Shown here one piece after another: positions 12,301 to 24,403 of a DNA stretch of 64,000 nt (position 1 is its first letter; the number at the start of each line of letters is the position of its first letter). The position numbers were made by a program, and so were the translations under genes. This DNA is from Yuukianura sp. NJ FZ-2021 (lineage: Eukaryota). The notes under the pieces were generated by a model that searched no databases, was not told the origin of the DNA, and saw only the letters and a program-made list of their open reading frames with translations. The stretch is taken from NCBI GenBank assembly GCA_046563655.1, contig CM102286.1:12152001-12216000 (forward strand), read 5' to 3'.

Positions 12301-15300
12301 AGTGGTGGAATGAGGGAACTCACCCCCACTTCCCCTGAGGGGGTGGATAAGTGGGGGAACCCACCCCCACTCCCCCGGGGGGGGGCGGAAAAGTGGGGGG
12401 AACCTCCCCCACTCCCCCCGGGGGGGGGCGGAAAAGTGGGGGGAACCCACCCCCACTCCCCCGGGGGGGGCGGAAAAGTGGGAGGACCCCCCCACTCCCC
12501 CGAAGGGGGGGTCGGAAAAGTAGGGGGAACCCACCCCCACTCCCCCGGGGGGGGGGCGGAAAAGTGGGGGAACCCCCCCCCACTCCCCCGGGGGGGCGGA
12601 AAAGTGGGGGGAACCCACCCCCACTCCCCCCGGGGGGGGGGGCGGAAAAGTGGGGGGAACTTACCCCACTCCCCCGGGGGGGAGGCGGAAAAGTAGCGGA
12701 ACACACCCCCGCGCTCCCTGGGGTGCGGAGCGAAAAAGTGAGGGGAACCACCCCCACTCCCCCGGGGGGAGGCGTGTGAGTGTGGAAAATGGTGGGGAAT
12801 GTAGGGGAAACGGGGAAGAATACGGGGGGAAAAGTGAGTACCCACCCCCCACATTCCCCGCCTGGGGGAAAACCATCTATTGCCTTGAGCTATTTCGTTA
12901 TGCGCGGTTTACAACCGGTTTATTCTCGGCTTCAACTTATCGTTTTCTTCTGTATTCATGGAAAGCGTGAGCTATGAAGATTTTCCTTTCATGAGAGCTT
13001 TCTTCTGCGTCTAGTTTGTCCCTGGGGCATTGCACAAAACCTTTCACAAAATCTTAACAATAGACAAGCGTAGAGAGGAAATGGAAGCTTCTTAATTTGA
13101 GGAGATGAGAATATAGATTTTGGGATTTGATGAGCGAAAGTCTACTTTCTCCGATGCAGGCTACAAAGTGTTTTATCCAGTCTTGGAAACTAGAGCCCGT
13201 AGATTCACTTTTCTTAAATTATTTATTAGCTTCTGGCTCTGTTCTAAAACGTAGATAGTTGAAAATGAAGCCATCAACAGGGCTTTTCAAAGTGCCATCT
13301 ATACTTTCTCCAGTTTCATTTGTTACAAAGAAGAAGCACATAATCATGTGACTCAAATTCAAAGATAGAGTCAAACGAAATCCATTTAGTCGCTGGCTTT
13401 AAAAGGAAAGACTATATAATACTTTCACTAGGCGTCTCATGTATTTTTTGGGGAAACCAGCAGGAAAATATTTTGGAAATGCCACATTTTAAACAGAAAG
13501 ACTTTCAGCTTTATGAAAAGTTGTCAGAATTCTGACACTCTGTTTTTGTGCACGTCACTCACTTTCACTTGGAAACTACTGAAAAGAACGCATTGCAACA
13601 AAAATGAAGTGAAGCGAGGCATAATATTTTTGTTTCAAAAAAGAAGCAACTAATTTTACAGATTTTTTTTTTTCATTTTTTGGTTTCTTATAACTTATGG
13701 AGGCCTTGGTTAATTGTTGACTTTTTTTTGCGGTGTGAAAGTAATTGTAGCTGACCAATAATAAGTGGCATAAGCGTCAACTTTTTTTTGAACGAAATTG
13801 GATCGTTTCAGTTGCAGTTAAGCTGGAGTTGATACTCTTGTGTCTCACTTGACCTTGTTTGGCTTCCTTTTGTGGTTGGTGGTTGACGGTAATAAAATTG
13901 ATGAAGCTGACCGATAGAAAGTTAATAACTTTTCTACTAAAGTTTCAATGAAATCAATCTTTCATATTAGAAGGAGACCTAAGATCAAGTTTCAGTTTTA
14001 TTTTTTTCTTTATCTTTGGATCCCACCAATCATAGACCTCAATGGCCACCGTTTACAATATAACACGGCGGAGTTACAGCTTTCACTGAAGCCATAAGGC
14101 TCAAGCACCCACTTTCTCCGTCAGTGGTTTCTCCATGGTGGAGGCATCTTCTTCTTCTTTCCGGCTGTGGATTAGTACTGCTTGACCCACTTTCTTCAAA
14201 AAGTTCTTGAAAGAGGGTCTTGCCTACGGATAATTCATGGAAATCATTTGGAAAGTTGGGCGACTTTTTCGTAGTAAACCAACTGCTGGTTTCATTCCCA
14301 GTTTCATGTCAACTGCTTTCTCTTGCTCGTCTACTTCAGTCCGAAACCTCTTTCTGTGTTTCTACTACTATACTATTCTTCTCAGAGCCTAATTTTCTCA
14401 AGTGGAAAGTGGAAAACCTTGTCGCTGGGAGCTTCTTCCTTGTTACACATTGTATGTATACTTCTACTGCTGTTTCCAACTTGAACAAAGGCCTAATTTA
14501 TTAGCCAACTTGAGTTACTATGATTCCATGCTATTTCATCGAATGAAATATGACGAAACAAATATCGTCGAATGAATTTCCCGAAACCAATTACCACAAA
14601 TTGCAACAAAAAGTGAATTCCACGGAAAAATAGTTGGTTAACCAGCTAAACATAACATTTAACACGTTCTAGCTTAACCAAATCTAAACTAAAGTAGGCA
14701 AAGGTTTACTTAATGATTTCTAGTTTAAAATTACATGCCTTAACCTAGTCTCACTCTAAAATAACATTTTGTAGTAATCGCATTTGGTTATAAATGGAGT
14801 TTTGTTGTGAATTCGTTTCGGAGAAATTCATTCGAGGAAAATTGCTTTGTAGTTACTTATTCGATAAAATGGCGTGCTCTCGTTATCGCTATTGCTATAA
14901 CCTTAGTAAGTTCGCTTTCGGTTTGAGAAGATCTTGAAAGTTTTATTTTCCGCTTTCATGCAGTTTCCTGCTGCATTTATGCCTGGTGCTTTGCATTTCG
15001 TTTCGGTTTTAGTTTATATAGATTTATGTGACTGCGAGAACAAAGCCCGTGACCTTGGTGAAGATCAAAAACTAAAATGAAAATGGGTTTTTGAAACATT
15101 TGTTTTTGTGGTGGTAATGTGCTGACCTTTGAAATTGCTTGAGCTCATGAAAGTTTAGGACCTGAGATTTTCATGATTACTGTAATCGGACTCCAGAAGG
15201 CTCTGTACCCATAATCCCCTGCTGTGACTCTCCGTTGTTATGGAGGTCACTTGTGACCAAAGTGCGGTTCATCTGAAATGATTTGTGTTTTGGCGGGCAT

Positions 15301-18300
15301 TTGTGTCGTGTTCAAAAGAAATGCTTTCATTCCACCCACGTAGACACATTAGTTCTAGTTAGACTTTACACCGACGTCATGTCTCCTCATCGCGGTTTGG
15401 CTTCCTCGTAGTTGAATTCATTCAAAACTTGAAAATACGACTTTTTAAAGTATTTCATAAAAGTTCAAAAATTTTGAAAAAGTTAGTATTTTTTGCCACA
15501 ATTCTTTCCCGACCCCCACTCAGCGTAGCAATCACGAGTAAACTCGTTTTTCGTAACCTTTTCCTGAACCTGACGTAAACCTTTTCAAACTTCTGAAATT
15601 CTGAAAAAAAAAACGAAAAAAAATTCGGAAGAAAGTTACGAACTGAAAAATTTGTTGTACACTTCCCAATCATTTTGAAAAAGTTTCGTATTATTCAACA
15701 TCTTACGATTTTGTATCACATAGAAAATTTTCATGTGAGAATTGTACGTTACATAATAATTATATGTTTCTTTTCCACCATGTTTCCTTTTCTGTAAAAA
15801 AAAGTTTCTTGCATAAAATATTTTGAAACCAAACCTAATTTTTTAGAAAAAAAAAATAGACTTGTTTGTAGTTGGAAGTTTATGTAAAACGGGAGGAAAT
15901 GTACAAAAACTTTCTTTCTCCAAAATCCGCCCTTAAAAAGAGATTTCCGTATTAAGGTCAGTCTATTCCTCTGAGCAATCTGATACAGTCAAAGTAACTA
16001 GGCAGGGCAGAGTTCTTACGTTTCAAGTGTGTCATGTTATGTAAATGATACTTTATTTTTACATTGTTAGTAACCATAATACAAAAAAGAGCCCAGCGCT
16101 GCAATAGTAAGAGAGAAAGCAAGTCTCATATTTCTAAGCCATTTTTGCAGAAATTTGAAAAGAATAATTTGCATACGCCTTCGTAAAGAAACTGAAAAAT
16201 TTTTAACCCGAAGTTTCTTAAAACAAGTTTCTCCACTTTCACTTCGATTTCTAGGAAAGTTTTCGAAAGCAACTAGTTGTCCCTCGCGGCAGAAAACCAA
16301 GACACAATGTAGTGTTGTTAATGTCTTGTTTTTCGATAGTAAGATCTTTTCAGGAAAGATTAATGGGAAGTCTATGGACTTAAATAGCTGCAAGGAACAA
16401 AGTCTTATTCTCAATTAACCCGCAGAGCCTTCATTCTTTGTATGATTTATGTTTTCCCGCCGCTTCTTTCCCAAGAGGGACAACTCATATTTTATGCTAC
16501 ACATAACGATTCCTTCTGCTACCAAACTCTTCACTAATATGTAGAAGTTAGATAGCGCTTGTTCCCAGTCTGACCAAAAACTTGTTCTTTCAAAATTTGG
16601 ACAGAGAACATAGAAATACATAAACGACTGAAGGCTAGAAGCATTTTGGCTTGTTTTAGAAACTTGGAAACATTTCATGCTAGATTTATTTTCATAGTTT
16701 TGGCTTCTTTGGTATGTCAGTGAAAGGTTATCTGTTACACTTATGGAACAAAAAAAAACTGGCTTTGTGCTTTCTCCCATGAGACTAATTATGGACGCAG
16801 CTCTACATTTGGATAGGGCAGAACATGAGTCACAAAAGGACAATGAACTGCATTTGGTGTGCCAAAATTGAAATTGGAACGGATTCAAAAAAAAGTGTTC
16901 AAGCATCATTATTTAAAAAAGGTTGCAAAATGAAAACGCGTCGTTTTAACAAAACTCAAAATTTCTGCTAAGAATCTGGCATTTAGAGTTGACTAAGAGT
17001 TGAATATTTTTGAGTAAAAAAATATTCTGTCAGAAAAGATTTAATTTGTAAGAAAAAATATTCTGTCTGGCGGATTTTTTTAGAAGCAGAAAAACAAAAT
17101 GTGTAGAAACATAAAATGTAAATGTTTTCCTCATGGCTTTGAAGTTATGTAACATGTTTTCTGAACATTAATGTTTTGGGCAAGCTTGTTTAACTCGAAA
17201 TTTTGTTTATTTCTTCTTATAAGGTTATGTCAAAACTCTTGTTTTCAAATTTTCAAATTTTTTGAATCACACATCTGACGCGGCTCCGTTGCGTTAGCAA
17301 TTCCGAATCAAAACTATAAGAGTCAGCAACATGAAATTTAAAAGAATTTTGTGAAAATCAACAAAATTGGTACAAAATTGGTACAAAATTTGTTTTTTCT
17401 TGTTTTTTTTTTAAAATCGGAGTTATGACATAACCTCTTACGCCATTTTAGTATAAATGGTCGCTATAGCAACCTTGTGTTTTGGGCAGAGCTTATGCGC
17501 AGTAAAGCATAAAATGAAGTTTTAAGCTTCGCTAATATTTGAATCGTGCGTCAATGCAAATCCCTGTTCAAAAAGTGCTCAAATCCCAACTAATCAAATC
17601 AGTGGAAAGACAAACAAAAAGGAAAGCAGAGCACGCAAATGCAAAATGGAAACGACGAACATAAAACTTTTTCCAAAAACGAAATTTCGAAGTTCGTTTT
17701 ACCCTAACTTTTAGTTAGTTTTTTCTTTGAGTGACTGATGTTTGTGGAGACTGTTTTGCATGACTGATTTCCATGACTTTTGGGGCATGAACTTGAGTTT
17801 TCTATTTGGCGTGAATTACTGACGGGGGGTGAAGGAATGCCTAAAAAAGTGAAAAGAAGAAAGTGTTTGGGGGCGGGGCAAGTTGAGATTAAGTTAGACT
17901 TGACTAGAACAAAGTTGGCCTTGCCTGATAGACAAGTTAAAGGCTCAAGAAGAAGCTTTTGCATTAGCTTTTCTCCTGGTTGCCCGTTGGCACTTTCCAA
18001 CTAAACTTTCCCTCCTCCTTCCCGCTCCCCCGTCACACGTCCCCTTCAATTACATTATTCTTGGTTTTCCTTCATTTAGCGCAGGAGGCCTTAAAAGGGC
18101 TCTCTGGCTCAACCTACCGTAAAACTTCTAATAATACCCGGGTTGCTAATGAAGGCGGGCCTTCGATTACGCCAGATCTAAAAAAAATGGAAGCTCGGAA
18201 TTCTATTGTACGCGTTACGGTAACTTTTCCTTGCCGTCAGTCGGAAGAGAAAAGTGCTTCATTACTTCACTTTCTACTTTCTCTTTTAGCTTATTTTTTG

Positions 18301-21300
18301 TTTCTGGAGTTAGAATTGAGGCAGGGCCATTGGAAAATGAAGTTGACAGGAGGAAGGTGTCAGTTTGAAGGCAATCAGTTCCTTACAGTAGATTGAAGAC
18401 TGCGTTCCCTTATGGGGAATAGAAAAGGCAACACTCAGCTTAGCTTATGGTGGTATAACAACTTAACCTAACCTGAACATAACCTTAATGTTTTATCGTT
18501 GAACAAGTTCGAGAGTGTAGTGGCCTATTTTTTCCACGCCAACGTAGAGTTATTAGCTGTCGTAATAAATTGGGTGAATTTGTTTCAAGGTTGCCCCCGA
18601 ATCATTCGCTTCGAGAAATAATTTGATTCAATTCCGTCAGAGTCGAAGGAATTTCCTTCTTCTTTTTTTTCGCAAAATCGCTCCGAGATGCATAAAAGTC
18701 CTAGAAAATCCAGAATGCTGTTTTTAACGTAGAAATGAAATGGTGCACGTTGTTTCAAAAGTTGTGAAAATGAAGTTATGTAAATTCGGTATCAAAAGTT
18801 TTCTTTTAAACTGTCTCTCTTTACATATTGCGTAGTGAACCATTTTGTACAAAACGAAAACGCAGTAACGACTAATTCCAGGGCTTTGTGAATTACGTAG
18901 CGGGCTTAGCATATAGAAATGTCACCAATTTTGGTCAAAAACTCGCTTTCTCTATACTTTCACTCGGCAATAAGTCAAGTTCTTATGATGGACATCATAC
19001 AAAAGTAGGAGCATACAAATTCAAAAAAGTGAAAACTCAAAACTGGCGCTAAAACGCAAATGAAGATGAAGTCTTCAATTTCCTAGGCTCTAAACGTGCC
19101 GCTTCTGCATCTCTTGATCCTAGAGTTTCCAAAAGCTAAAACACGGTATACCTACAGCCCATTATAGACGCTAGTCACTTTTAGGCAGTGCTAAAAGTGC
19201 TCTTTTCCTAGTCCCTAGCACCGAGTGTTGGCAGCAGCGCAGTGTGGCAGTATTGACTGACAGTCTATAGCCGACTGAATGGTGTTAGACTTTAATTTAA
19301 CTACGTTTCCTCTGCTTTCTCTTTAGGTTCGACATCAGGAGTCTGTGACAACAAATCTCAGCAGCGGTGGAAGCACGAGCACAAAGCCGCTCGAACCTTG
19401 GGTAAGCAACTGACTAAAGTGTTTCAGATTTTCATTAGAACTTTCCCTTAATACACTTTCCACCCCTTACTAATTGGAGTTTATCACACGGTTTTGTACA
19501 CGGTTGTTGGCACGTACGCTCTTTGACGACAACAAGCCAGCGGCGTTCAATTCAAAACACTCTCCGTGATAAAACGAATAAAATTTTGGAGACTGAAAAC
19601 TTCCAGTTTGAACTTTCCTCTGCGAATCTTCCTTTGAATTTTACTTTGATTTTACTTTCCGTACATGAAATTGTTTTGAAAAACATTTCCGAATTCAAAC
19701 AAACCTTGCCTCAAAATGTGAAGAATAAATTTTAATTAACTATTGTGCTTTCTACTTTACGACAATATTAACAAAAAAAAGTTTATTAAAATTTTTCATC
19801 AACATAAGTCATCTCCTGCCGCGACATTAAAACGCACTTGCAAAGCTGTTTGATACAGTACCACAAACAAAATTTCAAAAAAGTTCGAAAGTCTGTCCAA
19901 TTTTAGAAATAATCAAATCAATAATTTCAAAAAAACGAAACAAATTACACAACGGCATTTTCGATTAAGAATAAATTTCCTGATTCTAAAAAAAAATACA
20001 ACTTTTTTAAAGTAAAAAATTTGTTTTCCTGAATTCCGGAAGCGCATTGGAAAAAATAACGCGATTATACTTTTGAAAAATTTTGAAAAAAATTTGAGAA
20101 CTCTCGTAAACATTTTTTTTTACTTTCCAATTCTTTTGAACTACCTCATCTTCAATGAATAATAAAAAATCGTTTCTCGTTTCCTTCAACGTGGTTCCAT
20201 TACGAAACTTTTTTTTTATTGTTGTCTTGTTCAAAAAAGTCGGAATGAGTTTCTTGGTCGTCGTCCTTAGAAAAGTCAAGGAAGCAGAAAAAGAGAAATT
20301 CGTTTATGTATGCTGTAGGCGATTGAAAAGGTTTGCACAATCTTCTTCCAATAGATTTTCATCAAAGGACATTCTGCGGTAGTTGCACACAGAAGAACGC
20401 AATTTAATTTCCAACTTGCCGTTCTAGTCGTAGTCAACAGTCATACTAGTCGGAACATACAGGCTTCTTTAAGGTACTACAAAAAGCGATAGAGGATTCG
20501 ATAGAATTTTTTATCATTTTCCTCTTGTCCTCCTTTTTTCAAATGTCGTTCTACAGGTTTTTAAGGCTTTCTCTCTTGGTGAAAGCAGCTCGTAAAAAGA
20601 AATTTTTTAGACTTTAAGAAATTTTTCCTTCTTCTCGTTTTTCAAGAGAAAGCAGTTTTTTCTTTTTTCGCGGTAAATTTTGAACTGCCAGGGCTTATTA
20701 AAATGGTCGCCACGGAGCGTCTAATATTTAATAGAAAGAGGATTCAGCAAAATGCTAGAACTTTCTAGACTTTCTCTTTCCATTTTTTGTTGAAAAAGCA
20801 CATTGGGATACCTGCATCCAGGTTAAACCACGTTGGGGTTAGGATAAGCAAAAAACTCTGAGCTTTCTGGTTAGGTTAACATGAAATTGCTTTGGGTTAT
20901 GTTAGGCTAAAAATTGCTTCAGGCTGGGCGCAGTCACGTTAACCGAAAAAGTTTTTGCAATGATGCAGAAGTAGAAAAAACAAAAAAGGATTTTCACGCT
21001 CTTATTTTTTATTTGTTTCAAACAAGGTCCCTTTCTTTTCCCTTGAGGTAACACAACAACTGGAACACGAATTTGTTCACTTTGACACACACCAAAATAC
21101 ATTTAGAACTTTAGCGCAGATGCACACAACAACTTACGTGCGCATGAAAACACACACTTTCTTCTTCTCTTTTTTTTTGGCCCGCAACTATGTTCGTACA
21201 TAAACGTCACCATATTTTAAGAGAAACCGATTACGGCCAAAAGGCTGCCAAAACCAGAAAAAGACTCCAACAAAAAGAAATTCAAAAGAATTACAGTTTT

Positions 21301-24300
21301 TAGTCGTTGAAAAAATATATCTAAAAAATGAAAAAAGTTTATCCCCCTTCAAACAGAAATTTATAAGACATCTCAGCAAAAAAAAAGAAGAAAAAAACGA
21401 AATGCGTCGAAGATCCTGCACTGCTTCGTCTATGTCTCCACCGCTCCCCACTTCCTAGCATGTGATTTATGAAATTTTTGAAAAATCTTTGAACTTTGGA
21501 AACATACATTACAATTTCTGTTTGCGAAAGGCCTTTCTTTTGTAAAAGCGACAGCCCACATATTGTTTTTCTGTAATTTTGCGTTGTTGTGTCGTATGTG
21601 ACTTTTGTTCTATCAACATTTTGAAATGTGAAAGTTCTTTTCTTCTTTTCGAAAAAATCACTGAAATTCGAATTGATGACTGACAAGTTCTTTGAATAAA
21701 AGGTATTTGTTCGATCGCCTTCCATTCCAGTTCCTGTCATCTTTTACTTTTAGTCAAAAAAGTCTTCCTCTCTTTCTGGGCCAAAATCCATTTTGAATTT
21801 CCAATTTGAACATTTTGAATTTCGTTTGAAAGATTCTTCCAACTGGAAATTTTGAATTCTCACATGTAAATAATCTAAGCACCTCCCGACGCCAACTCCT
21901 CGCCCACTAGACACACAACGCAAGCACAAAAAGTCCAAATGTAGGTCGCATGACTTTTAAACCGCAAGAATACATATCGAATACCATTCGAAATTGATTT
22001 TTGAAATATTTCGATCTCGAAAACTAAATTTCTACTTCAACTTATGCATTTACCAAAACTTCGTAGAAAGTAACTCACAATAGGTTACACACTACATAAC
22101 ATGCTTTACCTAGTTGGATATGAAATGATTTTGGCATACATTACACGAATTTTTTTTTTTGAAGTGGGGCTGTTTGCAAACAAAATTAATGATAATTCTT
22201 TTCAGTTTTGTGTAAAGGATCAAAAGTTGAAAACGTACATAGAGATTTTTGTGTAAATTTCCAAAAAATTGGATCGACTTTTGAAGTTTGAATTTCTGAG
22301 TTCATGTGTCGACAATACAAAATTTTTTATTGAAATAAGCGCTCGTGTATAGGTGAAAGGAAACTAACAAAAATCACCAACATCTCAAATTCTTTGAACA
22401 CAACTTCCTGGTATTTCTTTAGAAAGAAACCAATTTTTTCCAAATTAAAAATGCTTTATAATGATTTCCAAGTAGTTTTAGTTTCAATTCAGCTTAACTT
22501 GTTAACTTCTTTTCATCTTTTTTCTAAATCTAGCAAAATGAATCTGATCATTTTATTTTTTCTGAAAAGGAAAACCCTCTGACTCGTGTTTGCCAAAATC
22601 CTTTAAAAAATTTTCTAAATAGAGTTAAATTGCGGAATATTTGTTGGAATTTAGTGTTTTTGAGCAAGAACTTAGGGATTAGAAAGATTTAGTTGGAGCA
22701 GGCTGGGAGTGGCAAAGGAATCAAGAGACCAACTAATGATTTAGCGGACTTGGCATTTTGGCCAAAAGGAACTTCTGGCTTGGAAGGTGCTTCTATAGGC
22801 TAGTAAGTTTTAGTAGCTTAGCAGTTCTTGAAGTAAATTGTGGGCCTAAGTTCCTTTTTGGAAATGTTAGAACACACCTAATTCATGAACACAAAGGGGG
22901 AACTGGAAGTGAAAGCAGGCTGAAGGAGATCGATCATTTTGGACGTTCTGAATTCCTGCTTTCTCCATTCATTTCTTCAGCAGTGCTTTGTAAACGATTT
23001 TCCTCTATATCTCCCTAATCTGTTACGCCTTGCACATAATATGTCCTAAGAGCCAAAGAATTCATCTACGTATTCAACGGCTTTTTTAATTTCCTTTCTG
23101 AAATGCCTTTTGGCCCCACCAAAAAAGAACTCACGATTCGCAGTTTTGTGTTCAACCAATTCTACGATGACCTCCAAACGCTTTGTTTTGCCCTTTGCCA
23201 GAATCCCGTGAGAGTAACTACGTTATTAGGCTTACGTGGGTAAGCCAAATCCACTTTTTTTTTACTTATGGTCATCCGTCCAGAAAAAAAAAGAGTCAAA
23301 TATTAGAAATTGTATTTGAACAAAATTAATCATTTGGAAAAATAATGTCGGATTTCCGACGCCTAAAAAATTGTCTCACCGGAATGAAAAATGAAAATTC
23401 AAAAGAAAAAAAATTAAACTATGATCAAAACTTGTGACCTAAAAAGAAGACTAAAAATTCAAAACAAGAATTTGTGTCAACTACACTGTAGAATATTTAC
23501 AAAAAAAATTGAAAACAAAAGCCCAACAAAGAAGTGGAATGTTCGCATTAGTGGCGTTCAACATTGTAAAAAGAGAAAGTTTGAATCACAACAAGCCTTT
23601 GAAACTTCTAAAAGAAAAGATTCAGTTTTATTCATTTTATTTCAAAAGATTTTATTTTATTTCCAAGAACAATAATAAATTTACAAGAATTGCTTTACCA
23701 GAAAAAAAAAGATTCAGTGCAGAAATGCGTTTTGAGGGGATTTGGCCTGAGTTGATGTTGGTAGATGATCCTATATTGTTTGATGCAGATTTGGCGGGAG
23801 ATTAATTTTGAATTGTTTTGTAATTTTCTCCAGGAATCATCATGGGTTCCTTCGTAGCTTGTTGGCTTCCATTCTTCACTTGGTACTTGGTATCCTCTCT
23901 CTGCAACTGTGATTCTCCCGAATGGGTAGTCAACCTATTCTTTTGGATTGGTTACTTCAACTCAACACTCAATCGTAAGTTCACATAATTCCAAATATGA
24001 CTTAGCAAGAAAAAATTTTTAAACGTACATTTGGGTATTGCTCAAAATACGTAAAATTTCAATTGAAATTTTCGAAAGAGCCTCTGATTTGCGAATATTG
24101 GAACTCTTCGCCTAAACTTCAAGAAGTTCCAATATTTGGCTTTTGAGAGCCACTGAGCGCATAAAATACAAAAAACCACGACTTCTCGCAGGCTCTGCGA
24201 AAAGAATGGAAAGCTTTGCACAGCGTGGCATTTTTTTTTTCAAAAATATTTCAAAAACTGATATCTGGTTTTGATGTATTTTTCTTTTCTTTGCAGCCGT

Positions 24301-24403
24301 TATTTATGCCTACTTCAATAGAGACTTTCGAGATGCATTCAAAGAGACAATTCAATGTGTGTTTTTACTCCCAAGAAAAAATAATCCACAGTCTTATGTG
24401 TAA
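190..24403 (+). CDS. Octbeta3R: Beta-adrenergic-like octopamine receptor (class A GPCR), Octbeta3R-like; 5'-partial, 6 exons in window
   Basis: Exons 190-363, 2439-2564, 10290-10490, 19327-19401, 23834-23974, 24297-24403 join in frame at GT-AG phase-1 introns. Motifs: [27 protein letters not shown] (TM3 Asp, DRY), SSSISFWIP (TM5), [58 protein letters not shown] and [13 protein letters not shown] resemble insect Octbeta3R; the subtype is recalled, not searched. Confidence 0.9.
2068..2215. mobile_element. Small MITE-like element with 11-bp terminal inverted repeats
   Basis: CAGGTTGTCCA at 2068 and TGGACAACCTG ending 2215, plus an internal GTTGTTGGACAA repeat; no convincing target-site duplication. 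Confidence 0.4.
2439..2564 (+). CDS. Octopamine beta receptor exon (TM4, ECL2)
   Basis: cttcttag| acceptor, |gtgaga donor; [42 protein letters not shown]. Confidence 0.92.
5951..6839 (-). mobile_element. DINE-1/HINE-like non-autonomous Helentron, copy 1
   Basis: On the minus strand: T-run start, subTIR AGTCTTCTGGAG, hairpin GCACGTC-TAC-GACGTGC, (TGTC)n microsatellite, 3' subTIR CTCCAGAAGAC, 3' stem-loop ATGCTCAA-CCC-TTGAGCAT, CTTGTTTT end. Confidence 0.8.
6842..7893 (-). mobile_element. DINE-1/HINE-like non-autonomous Helentron, copy 2 (tandem, diverged, extra central repeat)
   Basis: Same termini as copy 1 (AAAACAAGGTAGGGCAATGCTCAAGGGTTGAGCATAGGTCTTCTGGAGG ... CTCCAGAAGACTAAAAT); colinear but diverged interior with a duplicated ~150-bp block (GTGCATGATGCACAAA at ~7243, GTGCATCATGCACAAA at ~7396). 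Confidence 0.8.
10290..10490 (+). CDS. Octopamine beta receptor exon (TM5, start of ICL3)
   Basis: tttttgcag| acceptor, |gtaact donor; [37 protein letters not shown]...EITQN. Confidence 0.92.
11869..12945 (+). mobile_element. HINE-like element of a second family carrying a G/C-rich central minisatellite
   Basis: 5' perfect hairpin ATTATTAAATAGC-GAAA-GCTATTTAATAAT, (TGTC)n at ~11907-11933, central tandem repeats, 3' subTIR-like GCTATTT at ~12889 and hairpin CGGTT-TAC-AACCG; the 3' boundary is approximate. Confidence 0.65.
12295..12870. repeat. ~41-bp G/C-rich minisatellite, ~11-12 units
   Basis: Unit approx GGCGGAAAAGTGGGGGGAACCCACCCCCACTCCCCCGGGGGG with variable homopolymer lengths; source of the spurious Pro/Gly ORFs. 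Confidence 0.95.
14522..14881. mobile_element. Degenerate MITE/foldback with ~80-bp imperfect inverted arms
   Basis: CATGCTATTTCATCGAAT vs reverse complement CACGCCATTTTATCGAAT; TCGAATGAATTTCCCGAAACCAATT vs reverse complement TCGAATGAATTTCTCCGAAACGAATT. Confidence 0.6.
18117..18220. mobile_element. CCGT-TIR MITE family member (TA-flanked)
   Basis: TA|CCGTAAAACTTCTAATAATACCCGGG ... TTCTATTGTACGCGTTACGG|TA. Confidence 0.65.
19327..19401 (+). CDS. Octopamine beta receptor exon (end of ICL3)
   Basis: ctctttag| acceptor, |gtaagc donor; [25 protein letters not shown]. Too short for the ORF track. Confidence 0.9.
23834..23974 (+). CDS. Octopamine beta receptor exon (TM6-TM7)
   Basis: ctccag| acceptor, |gtaagt donor; [47 protein letters not shown]. 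Confidence 0.95.
24297..24403 (+). CDS. Octopamine beta receptor terminal exon (NPxxY, helix 8, C-tail)
   Basis: ttgcag| acceptor; [38 protein letters not shown]. Confidence 0.93.

Noticed and set aside
12160..12977. Multiple overlapping Pro/Gly-rich ORFs on both strands
   Set aside because: Artefacts of a stop-poor G/C minisatellite inside a transposon-like element
16067..16909. 115-aa and 164-aa minus-strand ORFs in the receptor intron
   Set aside because: No recognisable domain, composition typical of AT-rich non-coding DNA, no supporting splice structure
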